Of a stretch of 64,000 nucleotides of DNA, positions 31,253 to 40,856 are shown piece by piece. The position numbers and the translations under genes were made by a program. Source of the stretch: a virus (taxonomy: Duplodnaviria; Caudoviricetes); IMG/VR virus record IMGVR_UViG_3300047272_000250, positions 32,001 to 96,000 of that record; one strand, 5' to 3'. Below the pieces are notes generated by a model. The model saw only the letters and a program-made list of their open reading frames with translations, was not told the origin of the DNA and did no database searches. The stretch's first letter is position 1, and each line of letters opens with the position of its first letter.

Positions 31253-32316
31253 GCGTAGTACCTCAAAACAATTCCCCCTTGAACTCCAGGTGTTTGTCCA
31301 TCGTGATTAGAGTTTGCTCCCTGACCCCAGTTTCCAGCACCCTGTCCAGATGTTCCATTAATCTTAAGGTCATGGTTTGCCCCACCGCCACCTGCGCCAT
31401 AAAACTGATAATCTATTTGAGATAAATGTCCTGGGCCACCAACACCTTGAGCATTTGCAGGTTGATCTGATGCAGCTCCGCCTGCTCCACCGCCACCTGC
31501 GCCAGCATGCTGAGATGATTGATTGATATTTCCACCTCTGAAACCATACCCAACTGCAACTGTTGGAGATGTAACTGTTGGAGATGTTTGTGTTGGGCTT
31601 CCACCAGTTCTATTTCCTCCAGTACTTCCATTAGATGCAGCACCTGAACCATTTCCTCCAGAAACACCATCATTTCTTGGAGCTGGACCATAAGCGCCAC
31701 CAATTGCTGTTATAACCCCGTCTAAAACAGTGTTACCACCGTTTGAGTTATATGCTCCGCCTGCACCAATGCTCCAAGATGCCTGGTTATTTGATACTGG
31801 GTAATAAGAAAGATTAACTACTCCACCGCCACCTCCTCCACCACCGTGGTGATGTGCTCCACCGCCACCTGCAATTACATTTATATCAATTAAAGGCATT
31901 GCAGACTTTGGCAAAATCCAAGGATTTGAAGTATTTGTTGTTGCAGACTTATATACATAAGCGGTATATTTAGAATTATAAAGCCAGTCAACATATTTTG
32001 ATCCTGGGTTTGCTAAATCTGTTGTTGTTTTTGGTGCTGCTTTATACAAAGAAACATAGTCATCTTTCATTGCAACAATCTGAATAGATGTAAAACTGTG
32101 AGAAACTGATAAGGTTTTACCTAGAGGTCCTCCTGTTGTTGTTCCTCCAATAAAATAAACATACCCAGTAGCATTATTTGATGAACTCATCATATAGTAA
32201 CCAGCTGTGCCACCTTGCTGCCATGTTCTAGCATAGGTTTCCATAAAAATAGAAGCTATGTATGACATTCCTGGCATACCGCCGCCTGATGAAGGTACAA
32301 ATGATTGAATTCCCAT
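31249..32316 (-). CDS. Glycine-rich domain virion protein (paralog of 35622..36719)
   Basis: Likely start MGIQSFVP; IAGGGG...GGIVLRY domain. Confidence 0.8.
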   Translation of the reverse strand: MGIQSFVPSSGGGMPGMSYIASIFMETYARTWQQGGTAGYYMMSSSNNATGYVYFIGGTTTGGPLGKTLSVSHSFTSIQIVAMKDDYVSLYKAAPKTTTDLANPGSKYVDWLYNSKYTAYVYKSATTNTSNPWILPKSAMPLIDINVIAGGGGAHHHGGGGGGGGVVNLSYYPVSNNQASWSIGAGGAYNSNGGNTVLDGVITAIGGAYGPAPRNDGVSGGNGSGAASNGSTGGNRTGGSPTQTSPTVTSPTVAVGYGFRGGNINQSSQHAGAGGGGAGGAASDQPANAQGVGGPGHLSQIDYQFYGAGGGGANHDLKINGTSGQGAGNWGQGANSNHDGQTPGVQGGIVLRYYA

Positions 32317-32317
32317 A

Positions 32318-32650
32318 TTATACGTCGAGCTCCGCTCCAAATACGTTGAATGATACTAGTCCAGATGATGACTGAACTGTAACAACGTCATTTTGATTAA
32401 GTGTAATTCCAAGATTAAGTGCTACTGATAGGTTTGATCCGACCTGAACATCATAGGCTAAATACATATCGTCTGTTAGTGTAGCTCCATCTGGGCGTAC
32501 TGAAATTCTATATGTAGCAGAGTTTGCATCTCTATTTGCTACTGTAATACAGTTAATAATAGCGTCTTTTGTTCCGCTAACTGTGTAAATATCCCAGCTT
32601 GTATTAGCTGCTGGTGACTTTTGTCCTAAGACCTTATATCTAATTGCCAT
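32318..32650 (-). CDS. Small beta-sandwich virion protein (paralog of 36719 and 37645 genes)
   Basis: MAIRYKVLGQ...YTV...ITVAN...FNVFGAEL. Confidence 0.8.
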   Translation of the reverse strand: MAIRYKVLGQKSPAANTSWDIYTVSGTKDAIINCITVANRDANSATYRISVRPDGATLTDDMYLAYDVQVGSNLSVALNLGITLNQNDVVTVQSSSGLVSFNVFGAELDV

Positions 32651-32654
32651 GTGT

Positions 32655-33017
32655 TTATATCCCTACCATAAAGAATGAATGTAGCGATGATCCCGCTCCA
32701 GTTACCTGGTTTACAGCTGAGAGTTTTGCAGTTTCAATATCAGCTAAGGCAGTCGCTCTGTCTGCATTAACATCTGCTAAAGAATTTACTCGCTTAGTTT
32801 CTAATGAAGCTAAAGAAGTTGTCTTCTTTGTTTCAAGCTCTGTGATCTTATCTGCTGTCGCCTGAACAATATCATTTACACCTAAAAGCGTACCTAGTTC
32901 GCCAAGTGCCTTGGCCATATAAATCATATCCTGGGTGTTCATAACCGTTGAGGATATGGCGCTTGTCATTTCTGACTTGAGCGCCTCAATCTGTACTGAT
33001 AAACTATCGTATGCCAT
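32655..33017 (-). CDS. Helical adaptor protein (paralog of 37056..37424)
   Basis: Shares LGVNDIV.ATADKI and KRVNSLADVNADRATALADI with 37056..37424. Confidence 0.8.
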   Translation of the reverse strand: MAYDSLSVQIEALKSEMTSAISSTVMNTQDMIYMAKALGELGTLLGVNDIVQATADKITELETKKTTSLASLETKRVNSLADVNADRATALADIETAKLSAVNQVTGAGSSLHSFFMVGI

Positions 33018-33055
33018 TCATAATCACCAACCTTAGTATATCACGAGTCATATTA

Positions 33056-33646
33056 TTAGATCCCCAATCCAAGCTCTAGGTTTAAAAGCCTATTATTAAA
33101 GCCGTTTACTGTGGCTGTAAGAGACGCTAGTTGCGCTGCTACCTCTGCCGCAAAGTTTGGGTTATCATTTAAAGCGTCTGATAGTTCGCTGAGGGTATTA
33201 AGAAGGGCTGGGGCAGCACCAACAAGATTTGATATTGAGGTATCTGTATAAGTATTAGCAGATGATAGGGCATTAGCTGCTACGCTAGATGCAAAAGTTT
33301 GGGTAGCCAATAGGCTAGTGTCGACAATTCCATGAACTCCAGTAGTATCTGAATTATGAGTTGAAATATCTGAAGCTACTGATGTAGTTGTAGCTAGTAC
33401 AGATGTATCTGCAATTCCGTGTACATTTGTAGTATCGTTATTATGAGTAGCTAATTCTGAAGCTAGATCAGAAGCAAGAATGTTTGCATAAGTAAGTAAT
33501 GACCATGCTGATGTTCCATTGCCAATCTTAAACTTGTTAAGAGTAGTATCTAGTCCAATTTCCCCAGATTTTAATACTGGATTGAATGTAGCCCAATTAG
33601 CTGTTGTATCTCTACGGAGTCTATATGAAACATTTATTAGTGTCAT
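33056..33646 (-). CDS. Fibre protein with Mtd-N/hyaluronidase-N-like domain
   Basis: RLRRDTTANW...NPVL..GEIGLDT...KFKIGNG..W; two HN.DTT.VHGI.DTS repeats. Confidence 0.75.
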   Translation of the reverse strand: MTLINVSYRLRRDTTANWATFNPVLKSGEIGLDTTLNKFKIGNGTSAWSLLTYANILASDLASELATHNNDTTNVHGIADTSVLATTTSVASDISTHNSDTTGVHGIVDTSLLATQTFASSVAANALSSANTYTDTSISNLVGAAPALLNTLSELSDALNDNPNFAAEVAAQLASLTATVNGFNNRLLNLELGLGI

Positions 33647-33849
33647 GCTGGATTTGCATCTCCCCCGTCAAATGAAATTCCCGCTGCCATTCCTGTAGTA
33701 ATAACATCGCCATCATAAGTGTGTGTATGTTCAAAAACAATAGCTGGGTCTGTAAATAGTTCCCATACAACGCCCGTCCATCTCCAACGAATGCTGTTAG
33801 ACTCGTAAGTTTGTCCAATTGCTGGATTGTTTGGGAATATTGTAGCCAT
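33643..33849 (-). CDS. Small virion protein
   Basis: FP.NP.IGQ.Y.....W.W.G..W motif. Confidence 0.65.
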   Translation of the reverse strand: MATIFPNNPAIGQTYESNSIRWRWTGVVWELFTDPAIVFEHTHTYDGDVITTGMAAGISFDGGDANPA

Positions 33850-33856
33850 AAAACTA

Positions 33857-35260
33857 TTATACCCTAGATGCGTATGAAGGAACAGATACCTGTGATTGAG
33901 TTTGTGCTACCAACCAGTACTGACCATCCTTTAGATAGTGTGCATACTGTGTAGCGCTTCCTGGTGTATAAGCTACACCTAGCACTGGAGTAGGTGCCCA
34001 GTATTGTGGGCTATATACTGGAGCTGGAAGGAATCCTGTTGCAATATATGCAGCCTTTGAATACTTCTTTCCATGCTGATTGTATAGATAGTCAGCGTCT
34101 TCAGTATATGTACGACCATTCATATCTCCCATTGTGTCAAATGCTGGGCCTTCTGAAAGTCCTACTGTCTTAAAATTCTTAATTGTTGTATATGAGTTAG
34201 TTGCTGGATCATAATATCCAAACCAGTAATCAAATAGTGATTCTGATCCCTTATCTACAGCTGTTTGACGAGCTCCAGTAATATAAACCTTACCCTGATA
34301 TGAGAATGTGAAGATCTCTCCATATGATACCGACGGGAATCCAGGCATCTTAGCAATTGGAGACCATTCATTTGTAGTACCGTTCCACTTATAAGCAAGA
34401 TTACCATAGTAGTAGCTTGTTGGAACGTTTGAAGTTTCTAGATATGCTTGTCCAAATGTATAGACATTTCCATCTCCAGGAGCATTCATAAGAATATTCA
34501 TTGTATTCAAAGAATCTGGGTATGCAGCCTTTGCTGTTTGGGTAAATGCATTTGTCGACATATCCTTTTGAATAAATGTTGTATACATTGTCTGGCTATG
34601 AGATTGAACTCCATTAGCAGAGTTATAAACTCCGCCGCCAATTATGTACATCTTATTATTTGTGTAGTCAAAAGCAAATGACGCTCCACGATAATTATTT
34701 GAGTATAGATCCTGTGTTGCCATTGTGGTAGCATTAACGATCTTTCCAGCATAGTAAGCATTATTTGCTACATTGTATGTTGGGTAAGACCAGATATAGT
34801 CTGTACCGCCAATATTGCGGCATGTAAGGGCATTTGTAAGGCTAGTTGCTGCCACTGTTGGCAGGGTTGGCGTAGGGCTAGAATTTGTATTAGAAATCAA
34901 ACCTGATGAAACCACTGCATTTGAGTTTGCAGGCCATGAGATATAGTGATTATCTGAAACTAAAACTATCTTAGCAAAAGCCTTGCTTGGATTAAAGTTA
35001 AATGTTGTAGAGAAGCTGGGATTAACAAAAGATGAATCAATTATGTTTCCGTCGCCATCTAGAAGATTAATGTAAGTAACATTTGTAGGAGCTCCATTTG
35101 AGAAGTCAAGGCTATAAAGACCAGGACTTACAAGCATACCAACATTAAGTACAAATACCTGTTGGTTAATTGCTGCGCTATTTGATGGTGCTTTGAACGT
35201 CAAATTACCGCCGAGAGCGGGTAAGGAGTTCTTAGATACTAGATCTAGTGTTACTGCCAT
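33857..35260 (-). CDS. Kelch/beta-propeller-like receptor-binding or decoration protein
   Basis: KMYIIGG, NVYTFG, YKWNGTTNEWSPIAKMP, KVYITG and YYDPATNSY Kelch-like repeats. Confidence 0.65.
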   Translation of the reverse strand: MAVTLDLVSKNSLPALGGNLTFKAPSNSAAINQQVFVLNVGMLVSPGLYSLDFSNGAPTNVTYINLLDGDGNIIDSSFVNPSFSTTFNFNPSKAFAKIVLVSDNHYISWPANSNAVVSSGLISNTNSSPTPTLPTVAATSLTNALTCRNIGGTDYIWSYPTYNVANNAYYAGKIVNATTMATQDLYSNNYRGASFAFDYTNNKMYIIGGGVYNSANGVQSHSQTMYTTFIQKDMSTNAFTQTAKAAYPDSLNTMNILMNAPGDGNVYTFGQAYLETSNVPTSYYYGNLAYKWNGTTNEWSPIAKMPGFPSVSYGEIFTFSYQGKVYITGARQTAVDKGSESLFDYWFGYYDPATNSYTTIKNFKTVGLSEGPAFDTMGDMNGRTYTEDADYLYNQHGKKYSKAAYIATGFLPAPVYSPQYWAPTPVLGVAYTPGSATQYAHYLKDGQYWLVAQTQSQVSVPSYASRV

Positions 35261-35271
35261 TTACTTCCTCC

Positions 35272-35625
35272 TTAGTCTTCTTTTTCTACCCAGCTATTAG
35301 ATTCTTCATCCCATCGATAGTTAGGTCCTGGCTTTGGAATAAATTCAATCCAGGAAGTTGTTTCTTCATTCCAATGAAAATTTCCATCTGGTTTTTCAAC
35401 TGGTGGATCATACTTCAATGTATCTTCATTTAATGTCCAAGAAGGATACGGAATATTTTCTACAAACTTACCCTTTTCCTCGACATATTGTCCACCAATA
35501 AAAGCTTCATTTGTATCGTTAGATATTTTTACAAAGCTTCCTTCAAGTAAGCCTATCTGGCTATCTTCGCATTCAATAATATTTTCAACAATATTTTCTA
35601 AATTAAGTTTTGCATATTTACTCAT
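35272..35625 (-). CDS. Small fibre-associated protein (paralog of 30959..31252)
   Basis: Same motif set as its paralog, with a duplicated W[ND]E..SW.E repeat. Confidence 0.75.
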   Translation of the reverse strand: MSKYAKLNLENIVENIIECEDSQIGLLEGSFVKISNDTNEAFIGGQYVEEKGKFVENIPYPSWTLNEDTLKYDPPVEKPDGNFHWNEETTSWIEFIPKPGPNYRWDEESNSWVEKED

Positions 35626-36719
35626 GGTATATAGTACCTCACAACAACAGCTCCTGCGCCGCCGCCTCCGCCATCGTGATTGTGATGACCTCCTGACCCT
35701 CCGTGACCTCTTTGAGACCCATTATGAGCCCCCCAGCTTTCGTAATGCTGATTGTAACTTGATCCATGAGACCCAGTTCCAAAAGAATACAAACTTGATG
35801 ATATAAATGTATCGTCCCAGTGTGCAGATCCACCTTTTCCGCCGCCGCCAGAGTAGCCGTCTTGACCATTTCCGCCTGCGCCTCCGCCACCGCCACCTGC
35901 ACCAGATCCTCCACCGCCACCGTTTTGTGACCCTCCAGAATAACCTCCAACTGACACTGGGCTTCCAGAAGTGCCTAATCCAGTAGAAGGTAGTTGTAGT
36001 AGGCCAGAACCACCAGCATGTCCAGCATCGTGACCTCCAGCTCCACCACCATTTACTCCATCTTGATTTCCATGATTTGCTCCTGGTCCACCACCACGAT
36101 GACCATGGTGAGCTCCGCCACTTCCGCCTTTAGCATAAACATTTCCAAAATATGTTGAGCCTCCTACGGCCCCTCTAGTTCCATGACTTCCGCCACCACC
36201 AATTGTTATCGATGTGGTTCCAACAGCTTGAAAAGCTGTAAGTTTTACAACTCCGCCGCCTCCGCCGCCGCCTCCACGATTGTTTCCTCCGCCACCACCT
36301 GCTCCACAAATCAAAATATTAACTAATGGTAGCGCATTGTTTGGAAGAACAAAGTTACCAGATGATGTAATTACTGAAGGAAATGATGAAAAGTTTGCAA
36401 AAGGGTTTGGAAACTCTGTAGTTGACTTTACCTTTGCCTTATAAAGAGAAACCATATCATTTTGTGGTGCAATAATGTCAATACGTGTAAAGCTATGAGT
36501 AATATTAGCTAGCTTATTAAGGGCTACACCAGTTGTAGTTGACCCTACAAAGTAGGCATAACCATTTTCTTGATTTGTTGAATATAAAGCATAGTATCCA
36601 GGTGTGCCACCCTGTGTCCATGAACGATTATAAGTATTCATGTGAATAGAAGCAACATATGTCATGTTTGCTTGTCCTCCGCCACCTCCTGTGGCAGGTA
36701 TAGTATTAAATCCTGGCAT
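35622..36719 (-). CDS. Glycine-rich domain virion protein
   Basis: M.Y.ASI.M.TY.R.W.QGGT.GYY N-domain shared with 31249 gene; Gly/His-rich C-domain. Confidence 0.8.
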   Translation of the reverse strand: MPGFNTIPATGGGGGQANMTYVASIHMNTYNRSWTQGGTPGYYALYSTNQENGYAYFVGSTTTGVALNKLANITHSFTRIDIIAPQNDMVSLYKAKVKSTTEFPNPFANFSSFPSVITSSGNFVLPNNALPLVNILICGAGGGGGNNRGGGGGGGGVVKLTAFQAVGTTSITIGGGGSHGTRGAVGGSTYFGNVYAKGGSGGAHHGHRGGGPGANHGNQDGVNGGGAGGHDAGHAGGSGLLQLPSTGLGTSGSPVSVGGYSGGSQNGGGGGSGAGGGGGGAGGNGQDGYSGGGGKGGSAHWDDTFISSSLYSFGTGSHGSSYNQHYESWGAHNGSQRGHGGSGGHHNHDGGGGGAGAVVVRYYIP

Positions 36720-37054
36720 TAGGAATCAAGCTCCGATCCAAACAGATTAAATGCGATGCTAGTAGATGCTGCGTAAACTTCAACAATATCACCAGTTCCA
36801 AGAGTCATAGAGAGTTGTAGAGCTTGTGAAACTCCTCCTGCTGCTGCAGTATCATAGACAAGGATCTGCTTATCATTAGCAGCCGCTCCCTGTACACGAA
36901 CACGTACACGATATAGAATATCGTCTGCTGTTAAATTTGCTACAGTAAGAGATGAGCATACTGCTTCTTTACCTGTTGGGACAGCGTAAACTTGCGTCCA
37001 TGCGTTATTTGCTGATGGAACAACCTGTCCTAAAACTTTATAATGAATTGCCAT
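36719..37054 (-). CDS. Small beta-sandwich virion protein
   Basis: MAIHYKVLGQ...FNLFGSEL. Confidence 0.8.
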   Translation of the reverse strand: MAIHYKVLGQVVPSANNAWTQVYAVPTGKEAVCSSLTVANLTADDILYRVRVRVQGAAANDKQILVYDTAAAGGVSQALQLSMTLGTGDIVEVYAASTSIAFNLFGSELDS

Positions 37055-37055
37055 T

Positions 37056-37424
37056 TTATATTATACTCCCTAAGAATAGTACATTGAAGTTAGTCGATGC
37101 ACCGCTGATTTGATTTAAAGCTGTTGTTCTAGCAGAATCGATATCTGCTAATGCTGTAGCTCTATCAGCATTTACATCTGCAAGAGAGTTTACTCTCTTA
37201 ACTTCCATTGTAGACAACGCTGTTGTCTTAGCTGTATTTACTTCAGCAATTTTATCTGCTGTTGCATTTACAATATCATTTACTCCGAGCATCCCGCCCA
37301 AAGTCTCAAGTGCTGATGCTAGATAAACTAGATCCTGTGCTGTATATGTGCTTGCAGCAACGCTTGCGCCAATCTCCGACTTAATTGCGGTGATTTCATT
37401 GGCTAACGAGGTATAGTCAGGCAT
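37056..37424 (-). CDS. Helical adaptor protein
   Basis: Paralog of 32655..33017. Confidence 0.8.
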   Translation of the reverse strand: MPDYTSLANEITAIKSEIGASVAASTYTAQDLVYLASALETLGGMLGVNDIVNATADKIAEVNTAKTTALSTMEVKRVNSLADVNADRATALADIDSARTTALNQISGASTNFNVLFLGSII

Positions 37425-37648
37425 TACATCAACTCCATTTTATTCATTTTTAGTGCCATAGCAATTTGGTAACCCATTTTTTGCCATCCACCTTTTGTGT
37501 ACTGCTCAAGTGTATCATGAGTGGTATTAAAATACAGGTCGCCGTGTCCAGGATTCTGTGGTCTTTCTTCTGCTGGCCCAACGGGGATTGCTGAAGCTGG
37601 AGCGGTAGCAGTAACGATTGAAGAAGCGCTAGCTACTCTGATGCTCAT
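37424..37648 (-). CDS. Small virion protein (stand-alone RP..P..G..YFN module)
   Basis: GPAEERPQNPGHGDLYFNTTHDTLEQYTKGGW. Confidence 0.7.
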   Translation of the reverse strand: MSIRVASASSIVTATAPASAIPVGPAEERPQNPGHGDLYFNTTHDTLEQYTKGGWQKMGYQIAMALKMNKMELM

Positions 37649-37947
37649 GGTGTTATAACACCTGATATATGAAGCTTGACTCCTGCAGCATCTGCAAAGC
37701 CTGTGATCTGCAAATTCTGTGCAAGCACAGTACGCATATCCAAAATTAGTGTATCGTTAGCGGCAACGGAAATATCAGAAAGATATTCAACGCCATCAAA
37801 TAAAATTGTAGCCGCTGTAGCTGTAGTAGCTGTATTAACAATAGAAATATTAGTTACTATAGCAGTCTTATTTGCGGGTACGGTATATAGAAGGGACGAT
37901 GTTGTATTCGCCGTTCCTCTATAAAATTGTACTGGTGTATTTGCCAT
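37645..37947 (-). CDS. Small beta-sandwich virion protein
   Basis: LYTVPANKTAIVTNISIVN...HISG. Confidence 0.75.
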   Translation of the reverse strand: MANTPVQFYRGTANTTSSLLYTVPANKTAIVTNISIVNTATTATAATILFDGVEYLSDISVAANDTLILDMRTVLAQNLQITGFADAAGVKLHISGVITP

Positions 37948-37953
37948 AATCTC

Positions 37954-38670
37954 CTACAATGCTCCCATTATTATACCAATTTCAGCATCCAGAACAGATG
38001 CCTTTGTTGCATTAATCTCATTATACACGGAAGTAGCAAAATCTGCATTATCTCCTATAGCCGCCGCAATTTCATTAAGAGTATTTAGGGCTCCTGGAGC
38101 CGAATCAATAACGTTTGATATCTGAGTATCAGTATATGCGTTTGCGGTTGTTATAGCCCCTGCTACGGCTGTTGCAGTGGCATCTACAGCTCTTTGAGCT
38201 GTGAAGTAAAGTCTTGTTGTTCCTTCTGAAAGGGAATCTGTTGTACGAGCTAGGAAATCTGAAGCAAAGCTAGAAGTTGTGTATGGTGTTACCCAAGTTG
38301 TATGATAATCATTTGATGATGCTTTTGCTGGAATCTGTCCAACTGTTCCGCCTGTTGGAAGTCCAGGACCTGAAGGTCCAACTGGACCAAATGAAACTTC
38401 TACCCAGTAGGTTCCATCATATGTATAAAAATGAACATTAACATTGTCAAACCAGAGGTCACCTTCATTAAAAGATTCTGGTGGTGTTACTCCAATATGT
38501 ACAGCGGCTCCGCCGCCTGCACCTGCGCCTAGATCAATCCATCCTGTAGATGAATATACTCTGACTAAATTAGTTACTGAATTAAGGTAAAAGTCTCCAA
38601 GACGGGGATTAGATGGATCCGCTGCTAGACTTAGTGCGTTTAAGGGTACTAATCTTTTTAATGAAGACAT
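37954..38670 (-). CDS. Fibre-like protein
   Basis: GDLWFD..Y.G.YW, LSEGTTRLYFT and APGALNTLNEIAAAIGD motifs. Confidence 0.75.
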   Translation of the reverse strand: MSSLKRLVPLNALSLAADPSNPRLGDFYLNSVTNLVRVYSSTGWIDLGAGAGGGAAVHIGVTPPESFNEGDLWFDNVNVHFYTYDGTYWVEVSFGPVGPSGPGLPTGGTVGQIPAKASSNDYHTTWVTPYTTSSFASDFLARTTDSLSEGTTRLYFTAQRAVDATATAVAGAITTANAYTDTQISNVIDSAPGALNTLNEIAAAIGDNADFATSVYNEINATKASVLDAEIGIIMGAL

Positions 38671-38679
38671 TTATTCCCC

Positions 38680-39984
38680 TTATCCTACTATTACTACCTT
38701 GTATGCTCCTGATGCTGGTGCTACAGCAAATGTTAGGTTTACTTTTGCCTGAGAAGGTCTAGTAATTCCGCATTCTACATTTTCGTATGTATTTGCATCA
38801 TAGACCTGAACTTGAACATCGTATGTATTCATATCGTGGCTTACATCTATTGATGTTGCTGAGCCATCTCCAACTGTTGCTACAAACTTCTTAGCAATTC
38901 CGTAGTAAAGGTTACCCTGTGAAATTGTCCATGTATCATCTGCTTCATTCCATAGAATTTCTACATCAGCATCAGTACCACGCTCTACACGGATACCAGC
39001 ATTAGCTATTGGCGATCCAGTTACGTTAGAGTTAAGGTTTACCTTATTATCTACAATGTTAACTTCTGATGTATTTACAGAGTTTACTGTACCTGTTACG
39101 TTTAGGTTTCCGCCAACAAGAAGGTCACCAGTAATGTTTACGTTATCTGGAAGTCCAATTGTTACGCTTGTTCCTTCTCCAGAAGTAGGAGTTACTGTAA
39201 CTTCACCAGATGTTCCAGTGATATTTGCTACATAATCTCCAGTTGTCTGTGTTCCAAGATTAACGTTCTTGATAGAGACTGCGCCAGATGATACTGTAAA
39301 GTCTGCTGTTGCGAATGAAGCAACACCCTTATTAGTAGTAGTTGCATCTTCTGCAGCAATTGTAACTGTGTTATCTGTGACTGCAACATCAATTCCTTCT
39401 CCGCCAGAAATCTGTAGTGATTCTGTTAGAAGAGAAATACCAGTTGTACCAGTATCTCCATTAATTGTAAGTGTTGTTGCTACATCTGCTTCACCAGCCG
39501 CTGTTAGACGACCATAAGCATCTACTGTGAAAGTAGGAATCTTTGTTGCTGAACCATATGAACCAGCTGTTACACCAGTTGCAGGAAGTTCAATATTTAC
39601 TGCAGCAGTTTCTGTACCAGAACCTGTGACTGTAATTGTTGATCCAGTAGATGTAAGTGTTGCTACATAATTTCCTACTGTATCTGTACCTAGGGCAATG
39701 GAGTTCGCATTAATTGTGGCATTAAGCGTTACATTTCCATCTGTATCTGTTGTTGCGGTTCCTGATAGATCTCCGCCAAGTGTAATTGAAACAAGGCCAG
39801 TTGCCTGCCATGCTGTTCCATTGTAATAATAAAGTTTGTTTGTTGTAGAGTTAAAAAATACTCTACCCTTAAATACTGATTCTGATCCTGACGCTACTGT
39901 TGGATTCGAAAGCGCATTTTCAATGCGGAGCTTCTGAATCTCCAGACCCGTCATATCAATCGGGGTTAAAAATTTACGTGCCAC
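38680..39984 (-). CDS. Fibre/shaft protein
   Basis: GVTAGSYGSATKIPTFTVDAYGRLT, GIRVERG..ILWNE and C-terminal H.MNT.DV.VQVYD motifs. Confidence 0.78.
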   Translation of the reverse strand: MARKFLTPIDMTGLEIQKLRIENALSNPTVASGSESVFKGRVFFNSTTNKLYYYNGTAWQATGLVSITLGGDLSGTATTDTDGNVTLNATINANSIALGTDTVGNYVATLTSTGSTITVTGSGTETAAVNIELPATGVTAGSYGSATKIPTFTVDAYGRLTAAGEADVATTLTINGDTGTTGISLLTESLQISGGEGIDVAVTDNTVTIAAEDATTTNKGVASFATADFTVSSGAVSIKNVNLGTQTTGDYVANITGTSGEVTVTPTSGEGTSVTIGLPDNVNITGDLLVGGNLNVTGTVNSVNTSEVNIVDNKVNLNSNVTGSPIANAGIRVERGTDADVEILWNEADDTWTISQGNLYYGIAKKFVATVGDGSATSIDVSHDMNTYDVQVQVYDANTYENVECGITRPSQAKVNLTFAVAPASGAYKVVIVG

Positions 39985-40010
39985 GTTTTATATCTCCTAG
40001 GTTTTTTGAA

Positions 40011-40466
40011 TTACGACAGGTATGCCTTTCCAGAAAAACCTGCTGCAAAACTAATTATAACAGTGTTATCGTTCTGGTACTGGACATGCCCCTCGACTTG
40101 ATTTCCGTTATTGTCAACTACGGTTACGTTGGGCTTGAAATTTAGCTTATGCATAGAATAAGGTATTGTCCAAGTCTCAGATGAAATTAGCTGCTCATAC
40201 TGATAAACAGATTCTGGAAGGGTAAATAGGTCAACTGGAGTTCCCCATGAACCACCATAGGTCAATGGACCATACAGTTCATAGGTGTTTAGGTTGAGAT
40301 AAAAATCTCCTGCTACTGCATTTGCTGGGTTGGTTGGAGACGGAGCCCCAAAACCATTGAGGATTGAATTACCTCTAGGGCCTGGCTGACCAGTATCAGA
40401 GATAATAACTTCATTCTCTGTTGTTGTAATGTCGATAATATTAGAATTATCAATATAGTTAACCAA
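40011..40466 (-). CDS. Virion protein with short collagen-like segment
   Basis: GQPGPRG; GDFYLN; WTI..H.L...PNVTVVD...G.AYLS. Confidence 0.7.
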   Translation of the reverse strand: MVNYIDNSNIIDITTTENEVIISDTGQPGPRGNSILNGFGAPSPTNPANAVAGDFYLNLNTYELYGPLTYGGSWGTPVDLFTLPESVYQYEQLISSETWTIPYSMHKLNFKPNVTVVDNNGNQVEGHVQYQNDNTVIISFAAGFSGKAYLS

Positions 40467-40812
40467 CTACTGTCACCGCCCTTGAAACTTCTAGCCATCC
40501 CTCAAGTAGTCTTGTTAGTTGCCCCGTTGGAATATATTCTATTACTAAGTCGTATGCTGACTTTGGATATGCAATTTTTGCTGTCTTATCTGGAGACAAA
40601 TTAACATCTATTTTTCCAAGAAGCGGGGTAACAGTAATACCGTCACCTTGAGTAGCAGAAGCTAGAACTTTCTTTGACCCTGGAGCTGACTTAACATCCA
40701 TGTATACACGATATTGAGTTAGGTTAATAGGGTCTCCATCTGGATCCTTATAGACAATAGAGAATGTAAAATTAGTGGCCTGATCGACCTTCCAATTCTT
40801 AATTCCTGCCAT
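40459..40812 (-). CDS. Fibre-collar / beta-sandwich attachment protein
   Basis: DQ..F...YKD.DG.PINLT...YDL..RLLEG; first gene of the fibre operon, with GGAGG RBS. Confidence 0.6.
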   Translation of the reverse strand: MAGIKNWKVDQATNFTFSIVYKDPDGDPINLTQYRVYMDVKSAPGSKKVLASATQGDGITVTPLLGKIDVNLSPDKTAKIAYPKSAYDLVIEYIPTGQLTRLLEGWLEVSRAVTVVG

Positions 40813-40856
40813 ATTTTATTACCTCCAGATAAATCAATTTTATCACGAAAGGGCTT

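Noticed and set aside
33056-33646. Diversity-generating retroelement suggested by the Mtd-N-like domain
   Set aside because: No reverse transcriptase and no TR/VR pair differing at adenines was seen in this window.
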